Source: the human T2T-CHM13v2.0 reference genome, Homo sapiens
Direction: 5' to 3' (one strand)
DNA length: 64,000 bases
Assembly (NCBI RefSeq): GCF_009914755.1
Contig: NC_060933.1
Part shown: in pieces, positions 14,321-26,835 of the stretch
Numbering within the stretch: position 1 is the first letter of the stretch
How the letters are laid out: each line of letters starts with the position of its first letter
Program-made: the position numbers and the translations under genes
The notes under the pieces: generated by a model
What the model was told of the DNA's origin: nothing
Database searches by the model: none
What the model saw: only the letters and a program-made list of their open reading frames with translations

Positions 14321-15817
14321 GTGTACCTTGCGGGCTCGGATGATGACAACCCAGCCTTCCCTCCTCGCTCCTCGCCCGTGCCTTCCTGCCTCAAGCTACC
14401 TCCTTCTCTTGCCACTTGGTGTTTTTATCCTCAAATCAGACAAGTATCAAGAAAAAAATGCAACCTTAATATACTTACAATGCTGATTATTATTCATAAT
14501 TTTGCATTTGGGGCAATTATACTCGCTCCTACTGGGATATGGAAATCAAGGGCAGAAAGAACTAGGTGACATTCTACCTCCCTGTGTATTTTAATGATGT
14601 TTAGTTTGGTTCAAATAACCATACCTCTAAAATACACCCTTTTTCCTTGGGACCCACTCTTCTATCCGGCAAGGGAATAACTTCTTAAAAAACTTCGCAT
14701 TTTCCAAGTGTACAGTCTCCCCTTAACCAGAACTGCAGACTCTGAATCACAGACCTCTGGCTTACCAATTATGCTTAGCTGAGCAAACACACTTATGCAA
14801 ATACGTGAAAAACAAACTGTTAGAGCCTGAAGGAATAGAGGATTTCGCTGTGATCATCAATATGTGATCATCACATTTTCAATATTTATGTTTACCAATA
14901 TCTATCTAACCCCATAGGAAACGACGCGTCCATAGTGAAACAAGCCAGCACCCACATTTATGAAAAAATCCACGGATTTCAACAAAAATGAAGAGAGGAG
15001 AGCAGAAGCGGAGAGCCACAACCTCAGGCCCCAGACAGCAGGCAGCAGCAAGTCCTGAATGCCTTCACTCTTAACATTGCAAAGACCAAATGGCAGCAAA
15101 GAAAAACAAGAATAAACTTTAAATCCATTCACCACAAAGGAGTCCTACGCAAGTCAAAGGAGCCGTCGATTTCAAAACCATCAACTTTCAAAGCCAGGTC
15201 CCTCCCTTGCCTTACAACCTCCTGTTACTTGTTAAGCACGTTTGTTAGGCGGCTGGACAGAAACTTAGTTAAAAGTCCTCAGCCCGGTGGTGGGGGACAA
15301 CCGAGTCGTCAGTGGGAAGCGAGAGGTGCGGAGCCCCAGGGGCGCAGGGACCCCTCGGAGGTGCAAGTCCAGCGGGACGAGGTTTTGGGAGAATTTCGAG
15401 GGCCCCTCGCAAGCCCTCCCGCGCACCCACCCCGACCCAGGTAACCGGAGGCCACCTACGTGTCACTGGGCGGGCCCCGGGGCGCACTGACCTGGCGCGG
15501 GACAGGAGGGCCGGCGGCCCGGGCGGCTGCGGCAACTTCCCTCCAGGGGCTCGGTCCGCCGCTGGGTGCGGGAGGCCAGGGGAGCCTCGCCTCCTGCAGG
15601 CCGGCTCGCAAGAACGCACGGCCACCCACCCGCGCCGCGGCCCACAGCGCGCACCCACACTCTCACTGGCACTCGCACGCGCGCCCCCAACCACAAAGCC
15701 CGTCCGCGGCGGGACAGTGTGAGCCCAGCGCGCCGTGTGGCGGGCCGAGCAGTCGCCGCGGCCTCTGGCTTCGCGCCCAGGGGGCGCCGTCCCCACACGC
15801 CGCGCCGGCCCCTTTAC

Positions 15818-16240
15818 CTGCGCTCGCTGCCGCCGCGCGTCCCTCTCCTGCCGCCCCCGGGCTGGCTTCAGGCCGCGCGCCCAGTCCCGGCGGCCCCCGC
15901 CCCACCGCCAGCCGAGCCCGGCCCTCCGCCCGCCCCTCGGCAGTCGCCCAGAGCGGGGCCGCCCCCTGCGCCCACCCCGCCGGGGTCCCGTGCTCGGCCG
16001 GGCGGCGGGGAGGGCTCCGCGGCTCCGGGCCCTGGCCGCCCCAGATCCGGCCCGCGCTCCGCAGCGGGGCTGGAGACGGAGTCGCCACTCAGGGAGCGTC
16101 AGCCGCCAGTCGGCCCCTACTGCCCGGCTTTGGCGCGCTGGCAGGAGGAGGGGGCGCAGAAGGAGGGCCAGAGGAGCAGCGCCGACGCCAGCCTCCTCTC
16201 TTCCTCCGCCTTCCTTCTTTTCTGCTTGTTCCACGTAGCA
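15818..16240 (-). other. Putative first exon of the minus-strand gene (5' end approximate)
   Basis: CAG|GTAAAG donor at 15817 inside the CpG island; CCAAT and GC boxes upstream. Confidence 0.6.
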
Positions 16241-16302
16241 CAAGTCAGCAACACCCGAACCCCCAGAGTCCGCCCTCCCCGCTCCCAAGCTGGACCCCTT
16301 AC

Positions 16303-16640
16303 CTGGTGTGGCGCCCCCAGCGCCCCTGACCTCTGCGCCCCCTCCTCCATTCATTGGCTCGACAGCCCACGGTGGTGGCAGGGCCGGGGCTGGGGGGTGG
16401 CCTTAGCCTCCCATTCATTATCTCAGCAGCCTCCCCCGCCCCGCCCCCGAGTCGACACACCCGCAGCGGGAGACCCGTGGCCGCCAGCTCGGGTCCCACC
16501 CCCGCCCCTCCTGCGCTTACCCCAGCGCCGGACAGCTGGCAGGACTCCGGTGGACGCCCCGGCACGGGGCATTTTCACGTTGTCGCTCTCCTCTTCCCAC
16601 TTGAAAAGCTCTGGAAAACATCGCGGGGCCCGCAAAACCC
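16303..16640 (-). other. Putative alternative first exons (donors at 16302 and 16520)
   Basis: CAG|GTAAGG and GGG|GTAAGC consensus donors on the minus strand. Confidence 0.45.
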
Positions 16641-16899
16641 CGGAAATGTGGCCTCTCTTTCGTGGCTCACTTTCTAAACTTTCCAGAAGGCGCAAAGTTT
16701 CTCCCAGCGCCGCCCTGCACTGGAGGCTGCGAAGAACGCAGAAGCGGCTTTGCTGCTAGGAAGGTGCATACGTTTCTAGTTCTGATTTTTCACTTCACTG
16801 GATCTGTAAACCAAAGCAAGTGTGTCTGCTCCCCTAGTTCTCCATATCCACGATTATAAATTTCTCTTCCGCTTTCCCAGTGTAGCTTTGCAAGTGTAA

Positions 16900-17520
16900 A
16901 CTATCAATTTTAGTGAGAGTAATTAAGGGCGGGGACTGCACACCTGGAGGTGTGGGTGGGAGCGGCGCGGGACTAAGGCCTAGGGAACATTCTCAGGAGA
17001 GTGGCAGCCACAGGGATTCGCCCAGGTCTTATAACACACCCACTCGATGGGGTCTCCCTAGCCACGCCACCTCACCACACCCATCTCCCACTTCTGGCTT
17101 CCCAGGATTTCCGGAGTGATCACAATTATCGGCCTCTCGCTCCACAGCTAAGGCCACCGCATATCAAAAATAGCAGCGTGTGAGTAAAAGTTTCATGAGC
17201 CCTCGCCTTGAAATGGCACAGAGGACACAGCACACCAGCAGTAAGGCATGGGGACTCGGCAGGACTGATCTGATTGAGAGAAACGCAGGACAGCGAGGCG
17301 GGGCTATGTTGGTGGTGGCCACCAGGTAACCGTGGGCTTTGCAGAAGAGAAAGGTCACTGCAAACCGTAGCTGGACGGAAACTTTTCAAGCCTCAAGTGA
17401 GTTATGCTGTGACGGGACCATGACCATCTCCCACCGGTGACTGCTTAGAACCTTGACCAAGCTCGTGTGGTTTTCACAGGATGCTCAGGGCTGAGTCCTG
17501 GCTGTAAATAATTTACTATC
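16900..17520 (+). ncRNA. Possible divergent lncRNA 5' region
   Basis: Plus-strand donor CAG|GTAACC at 17326 and acceptor ttttcacag|G at 17479 (154-nt intron); GC boxes near 16927 and 17296. Confidence 0.3.
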
Positions 17521-18948
17521 TAAAGCTGTTTCCTTTTAAAAACAATGGTTCTAATCTTTTTTTTAAAAAAAATCATTCAAATCTTTTTTAAAAATCCACT
17601 TTAAATAACTTTGCTTTCTATACCTTTCCTACGAATATATGATTTATTTTATAACCTACTATGTGAAAAAATTGAAATTTTAGTACATGCACAGTGCTAA
17701 TATGTTCATGCACAATGCTACTTATGTTTGTGTACGGCATGCAGAAATGTGTATAGATATGTATACCCATGAATACAAACCACTCCCTTATCTCACAAAT
17801 AATGATAGGGGTTGATACCAAACTATAAGAAATATTATATTGGGATGAATAGGCAAATGTTCACTATAAAATCTCAGTATCATAAAAAGTATATATTGGT
17901 AAGAAAAAAATATACTCGAAAGAGGTTTCCATATATTTTTAACCATAGCTCTACTCAAGTCAAAAAATCACTTATTAGCTAATTTTCCCGTCTCTTTCTT
18001 CCTATACACTGTACTTACTATCAGATTTCTTAACACCAATACTTCTATATCTAATATAAAGACATTTTAAAATTAATTATTTCCATGTTTAGCCTTTCCC
18101 CATAAATCAAAGGTAAAGTAAAAGGAGTTTCTTACCTACCACTCAACTTGAATATTTTTAATATGTTGATTTTGTCTCTTACCTTCTTAAGGAATACAGT
18201 TGCTTCTGTTTTGACTATCTTAACTACTCTGTGGCCCCTTCTAACATCAAATTGGGAGGCCTGTCCGTACAAGACATGTGTATTCAACAGTAAGTTATTT
18301 GCTATAAAACACTTCATTTCCTCTTTATTTGGTCTGCTGTGGCCTGAAATGAAATATAGAACAAACTGAAAGGTCTGCCTGGACAGACCTGTCTTCCTGA
18401 CAAGCGTGGACCTGTCTAAATGAGACAGCTTCTGCAGCCAGCTTTAGATCGATAACTCTAAAATTAAATGTAGGTATGTACATCCAGTAGAAAAGGACAG
18501 AGAAAATGAAATACAATACAGAATTCAGTTCAGCATCTAGATTAATCCATAAAACCTAGCTCATTATGTTCCAAATGAGCTACTTTTCTCATCTGTAAAA
18601 TGGAATAATGGTACCAGTGCAGTCTTTTATATGGTTCCAAGTTGTCTTTTATCAAAGTAAAATAATATATTTGGGTGGGCTTCTGAAGACACTAACATTG
18701 ATGATGAGGTTTCAACAGGAACAAAGAATACCTTGATAAATTTTCTTGAATGTTTTCTCCTGTCTGTAGTCCTCTTGTCATTCAGACATTCCCTTTCTTG
18801 GAGAGTCATCCTGATGCTTTCTGTCCTAACCTTTCTCTCCTCCCCTCTGCCAAGCAGTATTTCTTTAGATTTGTTTCTTCAAATGACTTCAGCAGAGGTA
18901 AAGACCCAAAGACAGCTGGCGCTGTCAAACATGACAAAAAATATTCTT

Positions 18949-19100
18949 AGCCACAGTGGCTCATGCTTGTAATCCCAGCATTTTGGGAGGCTGAGGCTAG
19001 AGGAGCGCTTGAGCCCAGGAGTTCGAAGCTGCAGTGAGCTGCCATTGTGCCACTGCACTCCAGCCTGGGCAACAGCCAGGCCCTGTCTCTTAAAAAGTTT
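18949..19100 (+). mobile_element. Alu monomer (left/right-arm chimera or FRAM-like)
   Basis: Left-arm start joined to right-arm gctgcagtgagc...cactgcactccagcc. Confidence 0.8.
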
Positions 19101-19139
19101 TAAAATTTTTAAATATATATGTATGTTCAGCAAAATGAA

Positions 19140-19435
19140 GCCAGGCATGGTGGCTCACACCTGTAATCCCAGCACCTTGGGAGGCCAAGGTGGGCAGATC
19201 GCTTGAGGCCAAGAGTTTGAGACCAGCCTGGCCAACATGTCTGTCTCTACTAAAACCCTGTCTCTACTAAAAATATAAAAATTAGCCGGCATGGTGGTGC
19301 ATGCCTGTAGTCCCAGCTGTTGGGAGGCTGAGGCATAAGAATCTCTTGAACTTGGGAGAGAGAGGTTGCAGTGAGCCAAGATTGCACCACTGCACTCCAG
19401 CCTGGGCAACAGAACAAGACTGTGTCTCAGAAAAA
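19140..19435 (+). mobile_element. AluS
   Basis: TSD gttcagcaaaatgaa at 19125-19139 and 19436-19450. Confidence 0.92.
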
Positions 19436-20756
19436 GTTCAGCAAAATGAAACATTGTGATGGATATTTCAAGTTCAGGTTTTACATTAATATCTGGAAGG
19501 ACACCATAGACTTTGTCAGACTATTGATATAAGCTAGTGATCCAAGGACTATAATTTGAGAAGCATTTCGGGTGGAAAAATTGGCTGTCACTGCCTTTGG
19601 CACTATTATTTGTTCAAAAGGTTCCCCAGTCATGGCACACTCATGGAAGAGTTCTCTCTTCCTCCCTCTGTTCGCTTCCCTCTGGCAAAAAGCTTTTGAA
19701 ATTTTCTGTTCGAGAGTAATCAAAACTATCAGCAAAACGATCTGTTGGAAACTTTCCCTCCAGTCTATTAAGGTAGAGACTGATTCAAAGACAGTATTTT
19801 GGTGAAACAATACCCTGAGAGAACTCAGCCTTTTCCGGAAAGTTTTGCAGATGATGCCTCCAGGCATAGTTTTCTTCCTCCTTGAAATGGGGTATTTGTG
19901 CCTCTCCAGTGTTTTTCCCCTTGGCTAGGGGGGAAAAAAAAGCATTCTCCTTAGGAAACCTTTCTATTTTAAAAGTCCAGCGGCAAAGGTGGGTGGGGCA
20001 GCCCAATTTAGTAAAAAGTAATAATAATAACACTCTTCAGAGTGCAGGTGGCATAAGGAGATTCCAAGAATGGAGAGAATTTGGGTTTGCATGCAGCAGC
20101 CTCCTGCAAGGACTAGGCTGCAATGAAAGCCCCAAACAGAGTAACTCTGTGTTCACCTTTTTCTTATCACATACATCTGCATGAATACTCTGGGTAACAT
20201 CAGAAGTAGGTCAAGGCTAGCAGATCCTTTCTCTGTAGTCTCCCTCATCCAAAATAAAAAAGGCTTAGATCTAAAACAGAGTGAAGAAAGACAAGGAAAA
20301 GGAAAAAAATATATGTGTGTTATATATACAACTATAAAGCTAAAAATGGATCTGGATACAAAGAAATCATAGAAAGGGTCAACAAAACAAAAACCTAGTT
20401 CTATAGAACAATAGCAAGATAGATAAATTTCTGGTAAAATTGACAATGAAAAAAGAGAAAAGAAGGCTATGAATATGGAGATTATAATTACAGTTTCAGT
20501 AGAATTTTTTAAATCCTAAGAATACTATGAACATTAAAAAACTTGGCTGAAATACTTTCTTCAATAAATTAATTTTTAATTCAATAAAAGATGAAAATTA
20601 AAATAATACATGATTTTACATTTTCCTTTGTTGACAAAGATTTCTTTTAAATAATGATACTTGAAAAATAGGTGTAAACTCATGCAAACTCTCTGTAATG
20701 TAATTTAGCAAAACAGTACAGTTACATTTTGTATGATTTTAATTGAAGTACATTTA

Positions 20757-21037
20757 TTTAAGACGGAGTTTCACTCTTGTTGTCCAGGCTGCAATGGCAC
20801 AATCTTGGCTCACCACAACCTCCACCTCCTGGGTTCAAGTGATTCTCCTGCCTCAGCCTCCCGAGTAGCTGGCATTACAGGCGTGCGCTACCATGCCCAG
20901 CTAATTTTGTATTTTTAGTAGAAACGGGGTTTCTCCATGTTGGTCAGGCTGGTCTCGAACTCCCGATCTCAGGTGATCTGCCCACCTCGGCCTCCCAAAA
21001 TGCTGGGATTACAGGCATGAGCCACGGCACCTGGCCA
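20757..21037 (-). mobile_element. AluSp-like
   Basis: tttctccatgttggtcagg; TSD aagtacattta. Confidence 0.9.
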
Positions 21038-21567
21038 AAGTACATTTAAATGTATGATAAACACATCAAGAAAATTTTACTTTATGTGCAAAATTTTTAA
21101 ATAATACAAAGCTCAGTATTTTTAAAACTTGAAAAACAGCAAAATTACAGAGCTGAAATACTTTTTAATAAATTGTAAAATTGCATTAATTCAAAAATAA
21201 TACAAATGTATTTAAAACCATTAAATAATTTAAATTCTTATTTCTAAATAAATATGCAAAAAAGTTCAAAGTTTTGGTTGGTAAGACTTACCAAATCTTC
21301 ATGGACAAATAACCTCTATTCAAATGGTTGCAAAGCATAGAAAAAGAAAAAAAGCACCCCAGTCCATTATAAGCTAATAAAATTTTGATACCAAAACCTG
21401 ACAAAGCCATAGAAAAGAAAATACTAGACCAATCTAATAAGGAATAAAAAATGATAAATTCTACATATAGTATTATTAAACCAATTTCAATGTGTTTTCA
21501 CAATATGCATAATAAACATATTGGGTTGATACCATAAATGTAAAGATGGCTTAATATTAGAAAATGT

Positions 21568-21897
<330 letters not shown>

Positions 21898-21960
21898 CTA
21901 TATACGTATATATATGTACATATATACGTATATAGGTGTATATATATATACGTACATGTT

Positions 21961-22225
21961 TCATGTTCAGGAAATTCCTCCCTATTACTACTTTGCTAAG
22001 ATAAAAAAATGAGTTGTGAATTACTTTACATTTTCATATATATATATGTATATACATGTACACATATACGTAAGTGTACATATATGTATATATGTATATG
22101 TGTAATATATACGTATATATGTATGTACATATATACGTATGTATATATATGAAAATGTAAAGTAATTCACAACTCATTTTTTTATCTTAGCAAAGTAGGA
22201 ATAGGGAGGAATTTCCTGAACATGA
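21961..22225. repeat. 84-bp inverted repeat (83/84 identical) with 97-bp TA-rich spacer
   Basis: 21961-22044 is the reverse complement of 22142-22225 with one mismatch (21987/22199). Confidence 0.95.
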
Positions 22226-22583
22226 TAGAGTTGCTACCAATAACCCAACTCCAGAAGCATTATTTTTAATGTTAATTCATTCAATATTTTTCTTTCAAAA
22301 TTGACAACAAAACAAAGATAGCTTTTGCCATCTCCATTCAACATTGTACTGAAGCCACTTGTCAATATAATAAGACAAGAAAAACAAATTAGAAGGTATG
22401 AAAGTTAGAAAACAAGAAAAATATGATTTATAGGTTATATAGTTGTCTGTTTAAGAAATCCAAGCAAATCCAATAAAGTATCTAATAAAGAGAGCTTAGC
22501 AACATTGTTGAATATGAGATCAATATGCAAAAAAGCCACACCCCCTTAGAAAAAATAATTTTTGAAAGGCCTCTCACACATAT

Positions 22584-23276
22584 TGATACAGAATGGCTGA
22601 GCTCCTGGCTAAACCCCACCCTCAAGCCTAGAACCCCTAACCTAAGTGAAAACAGCCGATCCTGAAGGGCTGGGCTTCTGGCTAAACCTCACCCTCAAGC
22701 CTGGAACCTTGGCCCTAAGTGAAAACAGCTGACCCCATTTTTCGTCCCAAATAATTGCCTTTTGGCCCACCCTGCCCCCTATCCTGTGCCCATAAAAACC
22801 AGACCAGCTGGCAGAAAAAAAAAAGGAAAAGAGAAGCACAAGCAGCTGACTGGCGGGGATACAAGCAGCCAAGCAGCAAGCAGAGAGGCAACTAAGCATC
22901 AGAGGCTATGGATAAATGTGGCTAACTTCAGAGGGTGCAGTTTCAGAAGGGTGCCCAGCAAGAGACAGCTGGGCTTCAGGGAAAGATCACCTTTTTCCCA
23001 CACCATCCCCTTTCCAGCTCCCCTTTCACCAAGAGCCACTTCCACTGCTCAATAAAGTCTTCTGCATTCATCTTTTAAACAGTTCATTTGACCTGATTCT
23101 CCCTGGACACCAAACAAGAACTCAGGGTCAAAAAGGGCAGGTGCAGGAGGCTGTCACCCTGACCCTTCACTGAGCTGTTAACACTTAGCCATCCATGGAC
23201 TGCAGGCTGAGTGAAATGAGCCACTCCATTCCTGTCCATGAAGGGGGTCAAGGTCAAGGGAACAAATACCATCTCA
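22584..23276 (+). mobile_element. ERV1 solo LTR (LTR27/LTR28-like)
   Basis: TG...CA ends, 4-bp TSD atat, AATAAA at 23051, ctaagtgaaaacagc motif. Confidence 0.8.
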
Positions 23277-23289
23277 ATATTAGCAACAA

Positions 23290-23597
<308 letters not shown>

Positions 23598-24044
23598 CAT
23601 ATTAGCAACAAGTCTTTATTATAACTTTAATGGAAACTAACAGGAAAGTACAGTGCCTATATGGAAAATTATAAAACTTTATTAAAATACATAAAAAGGC
23701 CTGAATATGCACCGTGTTTGTGGATGCAAAACCTCCAATATATGTAATGCAATCTACTCAAAATTGCAATAGGGTTTTTCACAGCCCCTGACAACTTGAT
23801 TCTAAAATTCAAGGGTAAGCCTAATAAGCCAAGAATAATCAAGAGAATTCTGGAGAAGCTTAAGGAGGGAAAATTTTCCATCCAGCTATCAAGATAATCT
23901 AAGGCTTCTTTCTCAAATTAAAAAAAATAATAATAATGTGGTATTGGTGCAGTGGCTGATAACGTAGCGAAAGAGAATTCAGAAACAACTACATGTAAAT
24001 GTCCAAGTCCATGTAAATTCATACATCAAAGATGATTTGCTTAA

Positions 24045-25526
24045 AACAACAAAGCTGAAGGCCACCCTACCCAACTTCCAACTATACAACAGGGCTACGG
24101 TAACCAAAACAGCATGATACTGGTACAAAAACAGACACATAGACCAATGGAACAGAATAAAGAACTGAGAAATAAGACTGCACACCTACAACTATCTGAT
24201 CTTTGACTAACCTGACAAAAACAAGCAATGGGGAAAGGATTCCCTTTTCAATAAATGGTGCTGGGATAACCGGCTAGCCATATGCAGAAGATTGAAACTG
24301 GACCCTTTCCTTACACTATATACCAAAATTAACTCAATATGGATTAAAGACTTAAATGTAAAACCCCAAACTATAAAAACCCCTTGAAGACTGCCTAGAC
24401 AATATCACTCAGGACATAGGCACAGGTAAAGATTTCATGATGAAGACACCAAATGCAAAAATTGGCAAATGGGATCTAATCAAACTAAAGCGCTTCTGCA
24501 GAGCAAAAGAAACTATCAACACAGTAAACAACCTACCGAATGAGAGAACATTTTTGCAAACTTTGCATCTGACAAAGGTGTAATATCCAGCCTCTATAAG
24601 GAACTTAAACAAATTTACAAGAAAAAAACAAGCAACCCCATTGAAAAGTGGGCAAAGAACACAGACATTTTTCAAAAGAAGACATACATGCAGCCAACAA
24701 TCATATGAAAAAAAAGCTCAACATCTCTGATCATTGGAAAAATGCAAATCAAAACCACAATGAGGTACCATACCATCTTACACCGGTCAGAATGGTTATT
24801 ATTAAAAATTCAAAGAATAACAGATGCTGGTGAGGTTGTGGAGGAAAAAAAAAAACAAAAACAAAAAAAACAGTGTATACACTGTTGGTGGGAGTGTAAA
24901 TTAGTTCAACCATTCTGGAAGACAGGGTGGCAAGTCCTCAAAGACCCAAAGACAGAAATGCCATTCAACCCAGCAATCCCATTACTGGGAATATACCCAA
25001 AGGAATACAGAAATCATTCCATTATAAGGACACATGCACACATATGTTCATTGAAGCACTATTCACAATAGCAAAGACATGCAGTCAACCTAAATGCCCA
25101 TCAGTGACAGATGGGCTAAAGAAAATGTGGATAAAGAAAATGTGGTACATATACGCCATGGAATACTATGCAGCCATAACAAGGAATGAGATCTTGTCCT
25201 TTGCAGGGACATGGATGGAGCTAGAGGCCATTATCCTTAGCAAATTAATGCAGGAATAGAAAACCAAACACCGCATATTCTCACTTATAAGTGAGAGCTA
25301 AATGATGACAACACATGGACACATAGAGGGGAACAAAACACACTGGGGCCTATTGGAGTGTGGAGGGTGGGAGGAGGGAGAGGATCAGGAAAAATAACTA
25401 ATAGGTACTGGGCTTAATACCTGGGTGATGAAATAGTCTGTACAACAAACCCCCATGACACAACTTTACCTATGTAACAAACCTGCACATGTACCCCTGA
25501 ACTTAAAATAAAAGCTAAAAAAAAAA
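24045..25526 (+). mobile_element. 5'-truncated L1PA (L1PA13-like)
   Basis: ORF2 C-terminal peptides; 3'UTR ggaaaaataactaat...acaaacccccatgacac...ccctgaacttaaaataaaag. Confidence 0.88.
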
Positions 25527-25645
25527 CATGTGTTGTTGCTTAATAAATGATGCTGAGATAATTGGCACTTTATATACAGGAAAAAAATCAGTTCTCTACA
25601 TCACGCTATTTTTTAAAAGGTTGTTAACCTTTTAAACATAGGTTT

Positions 25646-25832
25646 TGACATAGGGATCCGATATTTCTTCCTCTTTAAGAACCTTTAAAAAATAGTGTGA
25701 CATAGGGATCTGATATTTTTTCCTCTATAAGAACCTTTTAAAAAGTAGTGTGATGTAGGGATCTGATATTTTTTCCTCTGTAAGAACCTTTTAAAAAATA
25801 GTGTGATGTAGGGATCTGATATTTTTTCCTCT
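25646..25832. repeat. 53-bp tandem repeat, ~3.5 copies
   Basis: tagggatc recurs at 25651, 25703, 25756 and 25809. Confidence 0.92.
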
Positions 25833-25858
25833 ACATAAAGTGCCAATTATCTTAGCAT

Positions 25859-25960
25859 CATGGCACATGTATACCTATGTAACAAACCTGCACATTCTGT
25901 ACATGTATCCCAGAACTTAAAGTATAATTTTTAAAAATTAATCAATTAATTAATTAAAAA
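25859..25960 (+). mobile_element. Very short L1PA 3' end
   Basis: catggcacatgtatacctatgtaacaaacctgcacattctgtacatgtatcccagaacttaaag plus A-rich tail. Confidence 0.85.
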
Positions 25961-26479
25961 GTTACTTTGTTATATATGAGTATTAAATAAGTTTTTTTAA
26001 AAACAAAAAGTTCTTAATGAATTAAAAACCTAAATTTGCAAAGTGAAACTTCCAGATTTTTGGAATATCTTCATCACTTCAGGGTAGAGAAGAATCTCTT
26101 ACAAAAGACACAAAAATACCACAAAAAATTGCTCCTTTCTTTCACATAAAATATGGCTTGTTCTAATATGCTGGATTTTTGTGAGATCTAGTAGCTCATA
26201 GGATGTCGACCTCAAGTTCTGCAATGAGTATTCCAAGGAATATGAACAGTATTATGTCATCCTGTGCAACAGCAGGATTTTCCTACATTATGTGTATTTT
26301 ATGTCATTTTTGTGTCTTGCCTTGATGGCCCAGTATACCTTCTAGGGCAAGGTGGAAGCAGCAGTGCCCACATGCCCTTACAGCAGGCTCTGAAACATTT
26401 CTGGGTATAGACCCGGCCCTTTGAGAACCTAATCAAAGCTGTAGATAAATGTAGAATATACATATTGTAGGAGAGGCCT

Positions 26480-26835
26480 CTAGTGACAATATCCATTCTT
26501 GCCCTCTTGGACATCAGCTTCTTTTGGAGATAGTTGAGGACATGTAACAGTTCTCTCCAGTCGAATGTGAGCATAAGTGACTTCTGCCAGTTCTGAGACT
26601 ACCTGTAAAATTCTCCCATGGGTGCTCCTCTGTGCTGTGAGTCCCTTCTGGCTAAGATGGTGATGCCCACACCAACTTTGGAAGCCAAGATAATAAGCAG
26701 CCATAGTCCTGACACCTAAGCATCCATGTAGAGTAGCACCTCTCTGCTAACATGGATACCCACTATGGATTCTTGTATGAAAAAAGAAATTTCCTTGATC
26801 CATTAAATTGTGAGAATTTTAGCTTAACTAATGCA
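26480..26835 (+). mobile_element. Old MaLR LTR fragment (MLT1J/K-like)
   Basis: Degenerate MLT1 motifs; gaaaaaagaaatttcc near the 3' end. Confidence 0.4.

Larger units (their letters stand above)
15240..16760. promoter_or_regulatory. CpG island promoter (shore extends to ~17400)
   Basis: Very high GC and CpG density; GC boxes (about 16270, 16435, 16500); CCAAT on minus (ATTGG 16353-16357); ETS-like CCGGAAAT near 16640. Confidence 0.93.

Noticed and set aside
15269-16759. Long ORFs of 289-397 aa on both strands in the CpG island
   Set aside because: Pro/Arg/Gly/Ala-rich, overlapping in several frames and with no recognisable domain; expected from stop-codon scarcity at high GC.
25646-25832. 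53-bp array as CRISPR or satellite
   Set aside because: No unique spacers; the unit derives from the inverted local flank.
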